Source: Neovahlkampfia damariscottae
Lineage: Eukaryota
NCBI GenBank assembly: GCA_016618085.1
Contig: JABLTG010000002.1
Span: 124,001 to 188,000 of the forward strand
Reading direction: 5' to 3'
Length of the DNA: 64,000 bases
A program made the position numbers and the translations under genes. How positions within the stretch are numbered: the first letter of the stretch is position 1; the number at the start of each line of letters is the position of its first letter. The notes under the pieces were generated by a model. That model saw only the letters and a list, made by a program, of their open reading frames with translations, searched no databases and was not told the DNA's origin. Below are positions 1-10,357 of this stretch, piece after piece.

Positions 1-524
1 ATGTTTGAATAAATTTGTAAGGATACAAATCTTACAACAACCAATATTAAGGTAAATTTTTTTTTATATGAAAATAAGGTTTTCCTTTGTGTAGATGGAT
101 GGTTCACGGACTGGAAAAATAAAATTTGTCAATTTCTGAAAAATCATTTCATAATGTTCAAAAATGATGAAGCAGTTAATCAAATAATCTGGCATACTTT
201 ATTTTCAGATTTTCCAAAAATACTTGTAGATTAAGTTATACCAATGTTAGGATCATTTCATGTAGAAAAGCATTTCTAAATAATAAAAATGTTTTAAATG
301 AAATCAAACCAATTGTTGCAAATATGAAAAGATCAAAATCAAGCCAAGAAGAAGAATTTGATGGAATATATTACTTAATAGATGTTATAAATCCAGTTAT
401 GAGAGAAATTTTAATGGATAATACAATTGATGATTTTGATGCATATTTGAATAATATGAAATGTTGTTTTGAATTTTTTAAAAATCTTTATTGTATGGCG
501 ACGTTAAATACGCTCAAACACTGA
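1..524 (+). CDS. Hypothetical protein, multi-exon, probably 5'-partial
   Basis: Open exon-like segments separated by short GT..AG introns (e.g. 52-78); last exon includes ORF 324-524 ending in TGA. No family recognised. Confidence 0.45.
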
Positions 525-714
525 AATAGAGTATTTTAGACAAATTCGCAATAGTCAGAATCAAAAAAAATGAAATTACTTCCTTGCGAATTCTGATGAA
601 TTAGTGGGTTTTCCAATGCTCTAGTTGGTCATTTTAACCACAATATTTTAATTCAAAATTAAAAAACAAAAATGATTCGTTTTAGCTTCGGATTTGGATT
701 GAAATTGGATTGAG

Positions 715-780
715 TTTGGATTTGGATTTGGATTTGGATTTGGATTTGGGTTTGGGTTTGGGTTTGGGTTTGGGTTTGGG
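715..780 (+). repeat. Hexamer tandem repeat (TTTGGA)5(TTTGGG)6, telomere-like
   Basis: Counted directly: TTTGGA x5 at 715-744, TTTGGG x6 at 745-780, with degenerate copies from about 690. Confidence 0.95.
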
Positions 781-1041
781 TTTTGTAACAATTGAACAGT
801 GACCATTAATAAGGTATATTTAGCTTTATTCTGCTTTCAATGACAGTTGAACCCTATTCTAAAACAAACATTTTTTAAACGACTACCTGAAAAAAAAGAA
901 AATGAAAAATCAAAAAATTTCAAGAAATTTGGTGGCAAAAGACACATAAAATTAATTAGTAGATGATTTAATTCCCTCAAAATATAATGATTTAATATTT
1001 GAATTTAATTTTGAAAAACAGAGTTTTAAAAAATCCAAGAA

Positions 1042-1224
1042 ATGAAGAAAGAAAAGAAGAAAAAGAAAACCAATTGTATTAACAAAGAAATAGAATTTCA
1101 AAAAGAATTGAAACACTTATTAAAGTTACAGAAAATTAAAAAAATGAAAAGACCTGTAAAAACTAAAACTCAATCAATCAACAGATTAGCTGCTTCATTA
1201 TCTAATCTGACTAAAATTAGTTGA
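1042..1224 (+). CDS. Small basic hypothetical protein
   Basis: 60-aa Lys-rich ORF with no recognisable motif. Confidence 0.3.
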   Translation: MKKEKKKKKTNCINKEIEFQKELKHLLKLQKIKKMKRPVKTKTQSINRLAASLSNLTKIS

Positions 1225-1464
1225 TGATCAAATTGAACTTTCAAAAAATATGCAATTAATAATTGCACAATTCAACACACCAATTGGAGAATAATGTATT
1301 GCTTCAGTCAAATCTCTCATTCGGATGAAGAGTCTCAGTAGAGAATTGACGAAACTATTGTGCAATAAAATTTTTCCAGTTTAAAAAAAATATCATTGGT
1401 GGAGTTTTTCCAACCATCCATTTCATTTTTCACCAATAGAGCAGATAAAATAATTTTATAAATA

Positions 1465-1959
1465 ATGGACGAATTTAACAACTGGATGGTTGAAAGCAAA
1501 AAAAATAGAAAAAAAAATGTTCAAAAACTTGAAGAGGAGGAGAACAATAAAACTAAAAGAAAAATTTCATTTTTCTCAAATGTAAATTGGAAAGAAGTTC
1601 AAGAAGAAGCTCAAGAGTTTTCTGTTTTAAATCAATTAGAAGATTATATTGAAAATTTAGATGAAGATTTAAAAACTGAAGAAAAAATGGAAGAAAAAAA
1701 CAATAAATTCAAAGACTATGAACTTAATCCTTTTGATTATAGAATTAAACACTTTGCTCCACTATTTTCATTTCAATGGCCAATGGAATATAACGAATTG
1801 GAAAGAAATTTTTGTAGCCCATTTGAAAGTATAACTGACGAAGACTTAAAAGAAGCAAAAAAAAAAAGTATAAAAGAATTTTTGAAACAAAGATTAAAAA
1901 CTAAAAAATCTGAGGTGAAAGGAGTTAGAAAAACAACAAAACGATATAATAAAAAATAG
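1465..1959 (+). CDS. Hypothetical protein (164 aa)
   Basis: Uninterrupted ORF, CCAAT about 30 nt upstream, host-like codon usage. Confidence 0.55.
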   Translation: MDEFNNWMVESKKNRKKNVQKLEEEENNKTKRKISFFSNVNWKEVQEEAQEFSVLNQLEDYIENLDEDLKTEEKMEEKNNKFKDYELNPFDYRIKHFAPLFSFQWPMEYNELERNFCSPFESITDEDLKEAKKKSIKEFLKQRLKTKKSEVKGVRKTTKRYNKK

Positions 1960-2059
1960 ATCCATTATTCAATTCTTGACAACAATTGGTTTAAAAAAAC
2001 CGTTATCCAATCACATAGCTTGAATTTAAAAAAACAAAAAAAAGAGCGAAAAACAACGG

Positions 2060-3345
2060 ATGAACGACATCACCAATACTTTCTGTAAAGACATAACAGT
2101 TGTAAAAATTAAAGAACAGATTGACAAAAAGAATAAACTAAAGAATAAAATGGAAGAATACGAAAGTGATTGTGATTCCGAAGGAGAAAGTGTTGAAGAA
2201 ATAGAAATCACAAAATTTGACATTAGAAAACATTTACCAAAAGAACCTTTACAATTAAATTTTGATGAAACAGTTTCAAATGAATCCATAAATTGTATAC
2301 TTTCAGAATTCATTGAAACTGAACAATCATATGTAAAAGGATTGGACTTTGTTGAAAAATTTTATTTGTGTCCATTGGAAATATTGTCCAAAACAAATAT
2401 GATTTCAGAAAATATCATAAAGAATATTCGTTATCCGTTAATTGACATTTTAACTTTACATAAAGAAATATTAAAAGAATTAGAATTGAAAGAATATTCA
2501 ATTGGTGAAATATTTATCACAGTTGTAAGAAATTCATGTCTAATTCATTCTTTAAAAATAGACCAATTATTTTAAAAGATATTCCAATTTTGCGAAGAAT
2601 TATCATGAAACATTCGAATATTTTACAAATGAAATGAAAGAAAATGAAAATTTATATCAATTTATAGATGAAACGAAACGAAATAATAAAAAGAATGGAT
2701 TTAATGATCTATTTTCTATTTTAATTACACCAATACAAAGATTACCAAGATATTTATTATTATTGAATGAATTTTTGAATGAATTGAAAATAATTGAAAA
2801 TAAAACCAAAGAAATTAAAAAAGAAATTGAATTGATTGAGATTTGTTTGGAGAAATTAAAAGTTATAATTACTTATTTAAATGATTCAATAAAGAATGAA
2901 ATGGAAATTGAAAATCTGAAAAAAATATTTGATTCCATTCAAAATTTACCAAAATACTTATTATTTTCAAGATTTAAAAGAAAATTAGAATTTGAAAAAG
3001 ATATTAATTTAAATTTTTATGAAAATTGTAAATTATTCTTTTTCAATGATTTAATCATTTTTACTGATCAAAAATTAAATTTTTTGAATTATATTTCAAT
3101 ATCTGTAAGAATATTTTAGTTTAAACATTTTACTTTAGAAACATGATATTCCAATTTTAAATCACTTTGAACATCAATCTATTTTAATCAAAAACTCAGA
3201 AAAAAAATTTTTAATTAAATTTAAATCTTATGGTGAAAAAATTGAAGTTTCAGATACTTTATTCAAAATTATTAATGAATTATCTCATGAATTGAAAATT
3301 TCAAAGAATAATCAAAGTTTATATAAATCAAAATTGAACCAATAA
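2060..3345 (+). CDS. Dbl-homology RhoGEF with degenerate PH domain
   Basis: DH motifs EFIETEQSYVKGL and ILITPIQRLPRYLLLLNE; PH-like LFFFNDLIIF; two short introns near 2525 and 3105. Confidence 0.85.
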
Positions 3346-3466
3346 AAATGTATTGTTTTCTTTTAACCTCCCCAGGAAAAAAAGATGATCTATTTTTTCA
3401 AATTTAGATGATGAATATGCTTTTTCCAAAGCAGATTTTTTTTTTTGAAAAATTTTTTTTGAAGTA

Positions 3467-3768
3467 ATGATTCGATTACTTTCTATTGCGAAAAAGAATA
3501 AATTAAGTTTTGTTGAGAGAAAATATTCAAAATTTCATGAAGGAAAATATCAAAAAATGACTCCTCTTGAACATGTTTTGAATAGACCAGGTAGAAAAAT
3601 AAAGAAATTAGTTGTTTAGATGTATACGTTGGAAGTATACAAAAGAAAAAAGAAAAGAATTGGATATTTGAAAATAATAAAATTATAGAGAAAGAGATTG
3701 AATTCTCACCTGGTTTATATAGAACTCATCCAGTTTATCAAATTCTGTTGAAACACATTTCATTTTAA
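3467..3768 (+). pseudogene. TOP2: Truncated DNA topoisomerase II N-terminal fragment
   Basis: Spliced (intron 3591-3619) translation KYQKMTPLEHVLNRP/DVYVGS...EIEFSPGLY matches the start of type IIA topoisomerase ATPase domains. Homology stops at about 3722 and the frame closes at 3768. Confidence 0.8.
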
Positions 3769-4123
3769 AACAACCACAACTTGCTTCAAATCCAAATAAG
3801 ACTGAAATGGTAAGTTCAAACTTTATTTTTCAATCTTTAAGTTGGATTTAAATTAAAGTCTTTCACAACAAATTTAAAGACGTTGACCAGATTGAGGTAA
3901 GTTTCATTAGATTTTAATTGAACAATGTTCAGGATTGGAAGTTCACTTCACAGACCAAAAAGTTCATAAAATCCGTAAAAAAAACCACTGTTTTTAATTC
4001 TCTCAACTAGTTGACCTGTTATTCTTTGGCTCATAAATTTACTGTGCCAAAATGCGCAGATTTGAAGATGTTTGTTGGATTCGATTTACTTCATCTTTTT
4101 GAAGTTTACAAAGTTAGTCACTA
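3723..4123 (+). pseudogene. Degraded multi-exon gene fragment joined to the TOP2 fragment
   Basis: Clear GTAAGT..AG introns near 3810-3841 and 3897-3931 and GTAAAA..TAG at 3975-4010, but the middle exon has in-frame stops. Confidence 0.35.
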
Positions 4124-4388
4124 ATTCAAGCTCAAATTGTCAAAAATGTCAATTCAACAGCAAAGCAGTTTGTTTGAGATTTGAATTGAAAAGAAATGTA
4201 AAGGAGGTTTTATTTGTTTTTGGGCTGCTTTTTTCAGTTAGCAAATTAGTAAATTTTTCATTCCACAACAGCTTTTTCCTTCATTTTATTGGATTCAGAT
4301 CAGCTTCAAACGTGCTTACAAGAAATAAAGTTTCGTCATTTATCTTCTTATTTTGTTTTTGGAGCACCTTAAAATCATCTTTAAAGTT

Positions 4389-4539
4389 AAAAAAAAATCA
4401 GCTTTTAGCAGATAAAAAAGCAGCTATTTTGAAGTTTTGAGCATTTGGATCTGCTAGAAATGGTGATCTAGCTAATTTTTAGCTTCTATTTCATTCATTG
4501 GTCTGCTAAAAAATCTGCTAAAAGCAGATTTTTTTTTTT
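4389..4539. mobile_element. MITE-like foldback element with imperfect ~35-bp terminal inverted repeats
   Basis: AAAATCAGCTTTTAGCAGAT (4395-4414) is a 19/20 inverted match to ATCTGCTAAAAGCAGATTTT (4513-4532); interior rich in TAGC/GCTA/AGCAGA motifs; no clear TSD. Confidence 0.5.
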
Positions 4540-4567
4540 GCTTGGCTCATTTCTTTCACATTGGATT

Positions 4568-5505
4568 ATGTTTGAAGAAATTCTTGAAAAATTATCAAAA
4601 CCAATTTCTTTTATTTTAAAATTTCTATATATTTATAGTTTCTTCAAAATTGTTTATAAATTTGCTTTTCAAAAATATTTTAAAAAGACAAGAAAACAAC
4701 AACGAAATTACATTTCAAATGAAAATGAATATTCTCTATGGAAGAGTACAAATTCAAATCCATTTTATAAAAGTGACTTAAAATTGTAATATTATTTCAT
4801 TTGTACTAAACTTTAAAGTTCAATGGATCAAATGAAAGAAAAAAGTGAACATTTTATAACACCAAAAGGATTTCCAACATTTCCTGATTATTTAATACAA
4901 GAAGAAGAATCTGAATTTGATGTATAAATTAATATTAAATTCAAAAAACATTTTTAACCAATAGAATATAATTTTGAAGAAGAAAAATGAAAGTTAAATT
5001 CAAAAGAGGAGCATTTAATTTTTATCTCAAAGAAAACTTCACAACTGTAAAATTAGAAATCCAAAAAGAACAAATCATTGAAAAATCAATACCTTCTTTT
5101 GAAGTTTTTAAAAGAGCAAGAGAAAAATTTAAAAATTTACCAATTGAAGAAAAAAAAGTAAGAATCAATTTAAAACTCAATTCAACTAGAAATATTTAGA
5201 ATTAGAAAATGAAGATTTGACAAGGTACAATGCAGAAAAACCAAAAAAAATAAAAAGAAAATCTCCTTCTGGTCCTTTAAAGTAAAAATATTTTCATTTA
5301 AAAATATAGTTATTATATATCTGATAATTTTCATGAAGAAAGAAAATTATTTCCAAATTTAAATAATAATCAAATTTTTATAAACTTAGTTGCAAAATGG
5401 AAAGAATTATCAAATGAAGAAAGACTTCCATATGAATTAAAGTCATCACAAGCATTATTAAAGTTTTATGAAGAAAAATTAGAAGAACCAGAAGAAAATG
5501 AATAA
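4568..5505 (+). CDS. Tandem HMG-box protein with N-terminal hydrophobic segment
   Basis: HMG boxes RGAFNFYLKENF...AREKFKNLPIEEK and YYISDNFHEERK...AKWKELSNEERLPY; several short introns. Confidence 0.75.
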
Positions 5506-5553
5506 AACAATTTCTATTGGACAATAATACTCCAAAGTTTTTAATTTGAAACA

Positions 5554-7127
5554 ATGTTTGGTGAGTGTAAGATACAACTTTATAGTTTTAATTTTTCAAA
5601 AGATAAACTTAGTAGTTTTGGTGACTTGATGATTGTAGAAGCAATATCAAATGTTGGAGAAAATAATTTTGATTCTGCTCTTCTGCTCCTCAAAGAAAAA
5701 GACAAAAATTTTTCAAACTTTGATACAAATTTTTTAAGAGATCGTTATGAACATATTTTATCAGAATATCAAAACAAAGATAATTTAGTTTCATCTTTAA
5801 GAGAGTAAGTTTTAGTTTGAAGTTTGAAGTTTGACAAAGAGCTGAAATTTCTCGATCAAAATTTCTTCTGAGTCAATTGAAATATATTGAACAAAGAATA
5901 CCTGAAGAAAAATCAGATGAAGAATTCATGAAAAATTTGAAAGAGTATATGAGTAGTTTTCCTCTACCATTTGTAGAAGAGTCTTTAAACGTTGAAAAAA
6001 TGGATATCATTGAAGAAGTGAATAAAGTATCAGAAACGATAATGAAAATAAAACAAGAAAAAAAAAAAGATAGTTTAAAAGTTAAAACAACACCTTCACC
6101 AAAAACATCAAAGAAATTAACAACAACATCTTTACCAAAAATAAAAACACCTTCACCAAAAACAAATAAAAATATAAAAAATATTTCAGTACTTGACAAA
6201 GAAGAAGAAGAACGAGATGATATATTTTCACCTTCAAAACAAAAAGTTAAAACTAAAAGTACACCAATTGTAAAAACAAGAGATAGAGATTATGATGTTT
6301 CAAAAAATAGTTTAACAGAATTAGTGATAAATAATGATGAAGCAATGGAATTAAAAGTTACACCAACAAAAAAAAGAAAAAGAGATGTTAGTAGTGGTGG
6401 TAATAACAATGATGAAAAAAAGAGTAAAAAAAATAAATCACCAGAACAACTTTCATCACCTGTTACACCACAAACATCAACACCTATAAAAGTTGAAAGA
6501 AGAGGAAGAAAAAAAAAAGAAGTTAAATTAAAAGAAGAAGAAGAAAAAAGAAAAAATGAAAGAATAAAAAATGAAAGTATAAAATCTGATGATTTAATGA
6601 TGATTGAAGAAATACAAGTACCAATTAAAAAAGAAAAAACACCAACAAAAATACCTAATGTATCATCATCACCAACTACACCTTCTTCAACAACACCAAA
6701 AATTGAAAGGAGAGGTAGAAAAAAAAAGATTGAAACAATATTGAACCAAAAAAAAGAAATTCAAAAAATGACACAAGAACAAAAAGAAAAGGTTCACATT
6801 TTATTAGATGAAACCATTTTAAAGTTATATGAAAATAATGATTTAGTTGAAATATTTCAATATCCAGTTTCAAATGATGTAGCTGAATTTTATGATAAAA
6901 TTATAAAGTTACCAATTGATTTAACAGAAATTAAAAAATTAGTGGATGAAAGAAAAATGAATTCAATTTTACAATTAAAACAAAAATTGTTATTGATGTT
7001 CTCAAATGCATTAATTTATAATCCACCAACTCATGATGTACATAAGATTACAATTAAAATTAAAGATGAAGTTAATCTTATTTTACAAGATTTTTATGAA
7101 AAAGAGTTAAACATTTTAAAAAAATAA
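5554..7127 (+). CDS. Bromodomain protein with two RRGRK AT-hook-like motifs
   Basis: C-terminal IFQYPVS..AEFYDKIIKLPIDL...LMFSNALIYN bromodomain; ERRGRKKK twice; intron at about 5805-5839. Confidence 0.85.
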
Positions 7128-7201
7128 AAGTTCATTTTTATTGGTCAATAATAAAACCTATACTTGTTTTTATTCAACGAACCGAATACAACAAAAAAAC
7201 A

Positions 7202-7414
7202 ATGGAAAAAGAAAAAGAAGGAAAAGAAACTTTAGATGGTATTATACTTTAATTACTATTTACATCAGTTTTATATGAGATTAGTAACATTTTGAATACT
7301 GGATTGGATAAAGAGAGTTTATCCATTTTAGTTGGTTTATGTGAAAGTGGAGCAAACCCAGAAGCTTTAACGGCTATTGTTAGTCAAATTAACAAAGAAA
7401 GTCAAAAGAATTAA
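7202..7414 (+). CDS. MZT1: MOZART1 (mitotic-spindle organizing protein 1)
   Basis: After removing intron 7239-7268: [42 protein letters not shown], the MZT1 signature. Not in the ORF track. Confidence 0.9.
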
Positions 7415-7439
7415 AAGTTATTTGTACAAAAAAATTAAT

Positions 7440-7710
7440 TTAATCACAATCACAACTCGAATCAGAATCATCATTATTTTCATCAAAATTTTTTTCTTTC
7501 TTTTTATGGTATATACAACATTCTAAAGAGAAAAGATCAGATTTTTTTTAAATTACTTTTTGAAGTTTTCATTTGCTTGAATTCATTATCTTCAGTGTCA
7601 TTCGAAAATTGTACACTTTTTTTTTGTTTATTTAATTTCAAAATTATAGGTTTATTTTCTTCATTAGTTTTGATTTCAGTTGAAGAAGAAGTTGCTTTGG
7701 ATGTCTGCAT
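7440..7710 (-). CDS. PPP1R11: Protein phosphatase 1 inhibitor-3 (Ypi1/PPP1R11 family)
   Basis: RVxF-like KSVQF, DNE..KTSK/KCCIYHKK motif across a short intron, acidic DSDSSCDCD tail. Confidence 0.85.
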
Positions 7711-7842
7711 TTGGAACAAAAGAAATGATTGGATGGATGAAACAAATGCATTTTTATTGGGTCCGCCAAAACAATAAAATCAAACGTTTTTATTGGACAG
7801 AGAGTAACGAATTAGATTGAAAAGAAAACTGTTAGAAAACGA

Positions 7843-10317
7843 ATGCAAGGAGTACTTAAGGAGAACGTAGATTTACAAAATAGTTCTTCCAAAGAACAAT
7901 ATCACAAATACAACATTGAAATACGTAAATTGAGTGAGAAATTAGAAGAAGAAAAGAAACAAAAAGAAAATCTTGAACTTGAAAAAGAAGATCTTTTAAT
8001 GAAAGTACAACAATTAGAATGGGATAAAGAATTATCAGGAGATGTATGTGATATTGTTGAATTTGAAAATATGAAAAAAGAAAAGAATGGATATAAAAAA
8101 GAAAAAGAAGAAATTGAAAAGAAATATAATGAAATGAAAGAGTTAAATGAAAAATTAAAAAAGAGTCAAAATAAGAATATATTTGAAGTAAAGAAATTAA
8201 AAAATATTTTAGAACAACAAGAAGAACATTTTAAAAATGAATCAAATAAATTAGAAAAAGAAAAAATAAAATTAAATGAAATACATGAAAAAGAAATGAA
8301 TGAAATATCCAAAACTATTTCAAAATTAAATTTTAAAGAAAAACATAATGATCATTCAAATAATCAAGAACATTCAATAAATTCATTAAAACAACAAAAT
8401 ATTGAATTAAAAAGAGAAATGAAATCTATTCAAATGAAAAAGAATTTAAATGAAAAAGAGATTGAATTAAAATTAAAAGAAATTGAAAAAAAAGATTTAA
8501 AATTTAATTCATTAGAAAAGAAATTTAAACAATTACATTTTGAATTTCAAGATTTAGAAAAAGAAAAATTAAAATTAGAAAAAGAAGTTAAAGATTATAA
8601 ATTAAAATCATTAAAATTTGAATCAAAAGAAGAAAAATTAAAAAATTTAATTAAACAAGAAGAATTAAAATCATTAAAATTTAAAGATTTAAAAGATGAA
8701 TCGGAAAAGAATTTTAAAGAATTTAAAAGAATTAAAGATTTTAATAAACAAAAATTTGAAGAAATTCAATCGGATAATCAAAATTTAAAAATAGAATTAA
8801 TTAATTTAAATAAAGAAAATGAAAATTTAAAGAAATTATATCAAGAAATGAATAATGAAATTGAAAATAAAACAAAACAATTAAAAGAAGAAAAAGAAAT
8901 AGTTTCAATTTTAAATTTAAAAATGAAAGAAGGATCTAACGAATTTAAGAAAGAAAAAGAAGAAAAAGAAATAATTTTAAAAAATTATAAAGAATTAAAT
9001 GAAACATTTGAAAAGAAAGAAATTTATTTAAATAAATTATCAACATCATATGAACAATTAAGGAATCAATCTAATATATTATCCAACCAATTAAAATTAT
9101 TAGATTCTAAATTAAGAGAAATGCATGGTTCAAATTTAAAATATGAAAATGAAAATGAAAATTTAAAAAAAGAAAATAAAGAAATGAAAAATGAAATAAA
9201 TTTAAAATTAAAAATAGAAATGGAAATGAAAAATGAAATTGAAAGTTTAAATGAATTAAAAATGAAAATAAAAAAAGATTATGAAGTATTAAAAGAAAAT
9301 AAAAAAGAAGTAGAAATAAAAAATAAAAAAAAAGAAGAAGAAAATTTAAAAATGTTTAATGAAATATCAAAATTAAAATTAAATTTAAATTCATTTTCTA
9401 ATCAAAATTTAAATTTAAAAGAAGAAATAAAAAATAAAATTGAAATGATATCCACTATATCAAAAGAATTAGAAATGAATCAAAAAAGAATAATGTCAGA
9501 TGAATTAATTATTCAAAATATTGATTCAAAATGTAAAATATTATCTTCAAAAATTGAATCAGAATTAAAAGAAAAAGAAAAGATAAAATCTTATTTATCA
9601 GAAAATTTAAAGAATGGAAGAGAAATGTCAAAAGAATTACAAAATTTAAGAAATAATGAAGGTATACTTTCAAAACATAATCATGACTTAACTTTGAAAA
9701 TTGAATATATTCAAGAAGAATTTAAAGAAAAAGATGAAAAATTAGAAAAAACAAAAATTAAATTAAAAACATCTGAACAAACTATTTTAAATTTATCACG
9801 TGAAAGAGATCAATTACAATTAGAAGTAGATGATTCAAGAGTTGCAAGAGAATTATTAGAATCTTGTAAAAAGAGAAATGAAAAATTAAAAAATGAAGTT
9901 AATCATTTAATGAAATTATTGGATAATCAATCATCCAATAATAATAATTCATCATCTAATTCTACTTTTGATCAACAAAAATATAAAGAAGAAATTATAA
10001 ATTTAAAAGAAGAATTTATGAATCAAATTAAAATATTAAAAAATAATGAAAGGAAATTAAAGAATGATTTAAAAGATTATGAATCAAGATGTATTGAATT
10101 AGAAGAAGAAAGAGATGATACTTTATCAAATCAATCAAGTTTAGAAGAAGTGTTATTTTTGAAAAAGAAAATTAAAGAATTAGAAAATGATAAATTGAAA
10201 TTAAAAAGAATGATGGAATCAAAATCATCATCTTCATCAACAACAACAACAACAACAACAACATCAAGACCAAAAAGTATTTTGAAAAAGGGAAAATATT
10301 ATGAAGAACCATTGTAG
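7843..10317 (+). CDS. Large coiled-coil protein (824 aa)
   Basis: Single long E/K/N/L-rich ORF with heptad character; no catalytic motif. Confidence 0.8.
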   Translation: MQGVLKENVDLQNSSSKEQYHKYNIEIRKLSEKLEEEKKQKENLELEKEDLLMKVQQLEWDKELSGDVCDIVEFENMKKEKNGYKKEKEEIEKKYNEMKELNEKLKKSQNKNIFEVKKLKNILEQQEEHFKNESNKLEKEKIKLNEIHEKEMNEISKTISKLNFKEKHNDHSNNQEHSINSLKQQNIELKREMKSIQMKKNLNEKEIELKLKEIEKKDLKFNSLEKKFKQLHFEFQDLEKEKLKLEKEVKDYKLKSLKFESKEEKLKNLIKQEELKSLKFKDLKDESEKNFKEFKRIKDFNKQKFEEIQSDNQNLKIELINLNKENENLKKLYQEMNNEIENKTKQLKEEKEIVSILNLKMKEGSNEFKKEKEEKEIILKNYKELNETFEKKEIYLNKLSTSYEQLRNQSNILSNQLKLLDSKLREMHGSNLKYENENENLKKENKEMKNEINLKLKIEMEMKNEIESLNELKMKIKKDYEVLKENKKEVEIKNKKKEEENLKMFNEISKLKLNLNSFSNQNLNLKEEIKNKIEMISTISKELEMNQKRIMSDELIIQNIDSKCKILSSKIESELKEKEKIKSYLSENLKNGREMSKELQNLRNNEGILSKHNHDLTLKIEYIQEEFKEKDEKLEKTKIKLKTSEQTILNLSRERDQLQLEVDDSRVARELLESCKKRNEKLKNEVNHLMKLLDNQSSNNNNSSSNSTFDQQKYKEEIINLKEEFMNQIKILKNNERKLKNDLKDYESRCIELEEERDDTLSNQSSLEEVLFLKKKIKELENDKLKLKRMMESKSSSSSTTTTTTTTSRPKSILKKGKYYEEPL

Positions 10318-10357
10318 AAATTTAATTGAATAAAACAAATTTTTAATGAACACTCTT

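Noticed and set aside
1320..1356. Hammerhead ribozyme or SECIS (GGATGA...GACGAAAC)
   Set aside because: Core reads CGGATGA, not CTGATGA; flanking stems do not fit; no AA loop and no upstream selenoprotein.
4072..4440. 122-aa ORF in the track
   Set aside because: Non-ATG start, Phe/Leu/Ser-rich, and overlaps the foldback repeat region.
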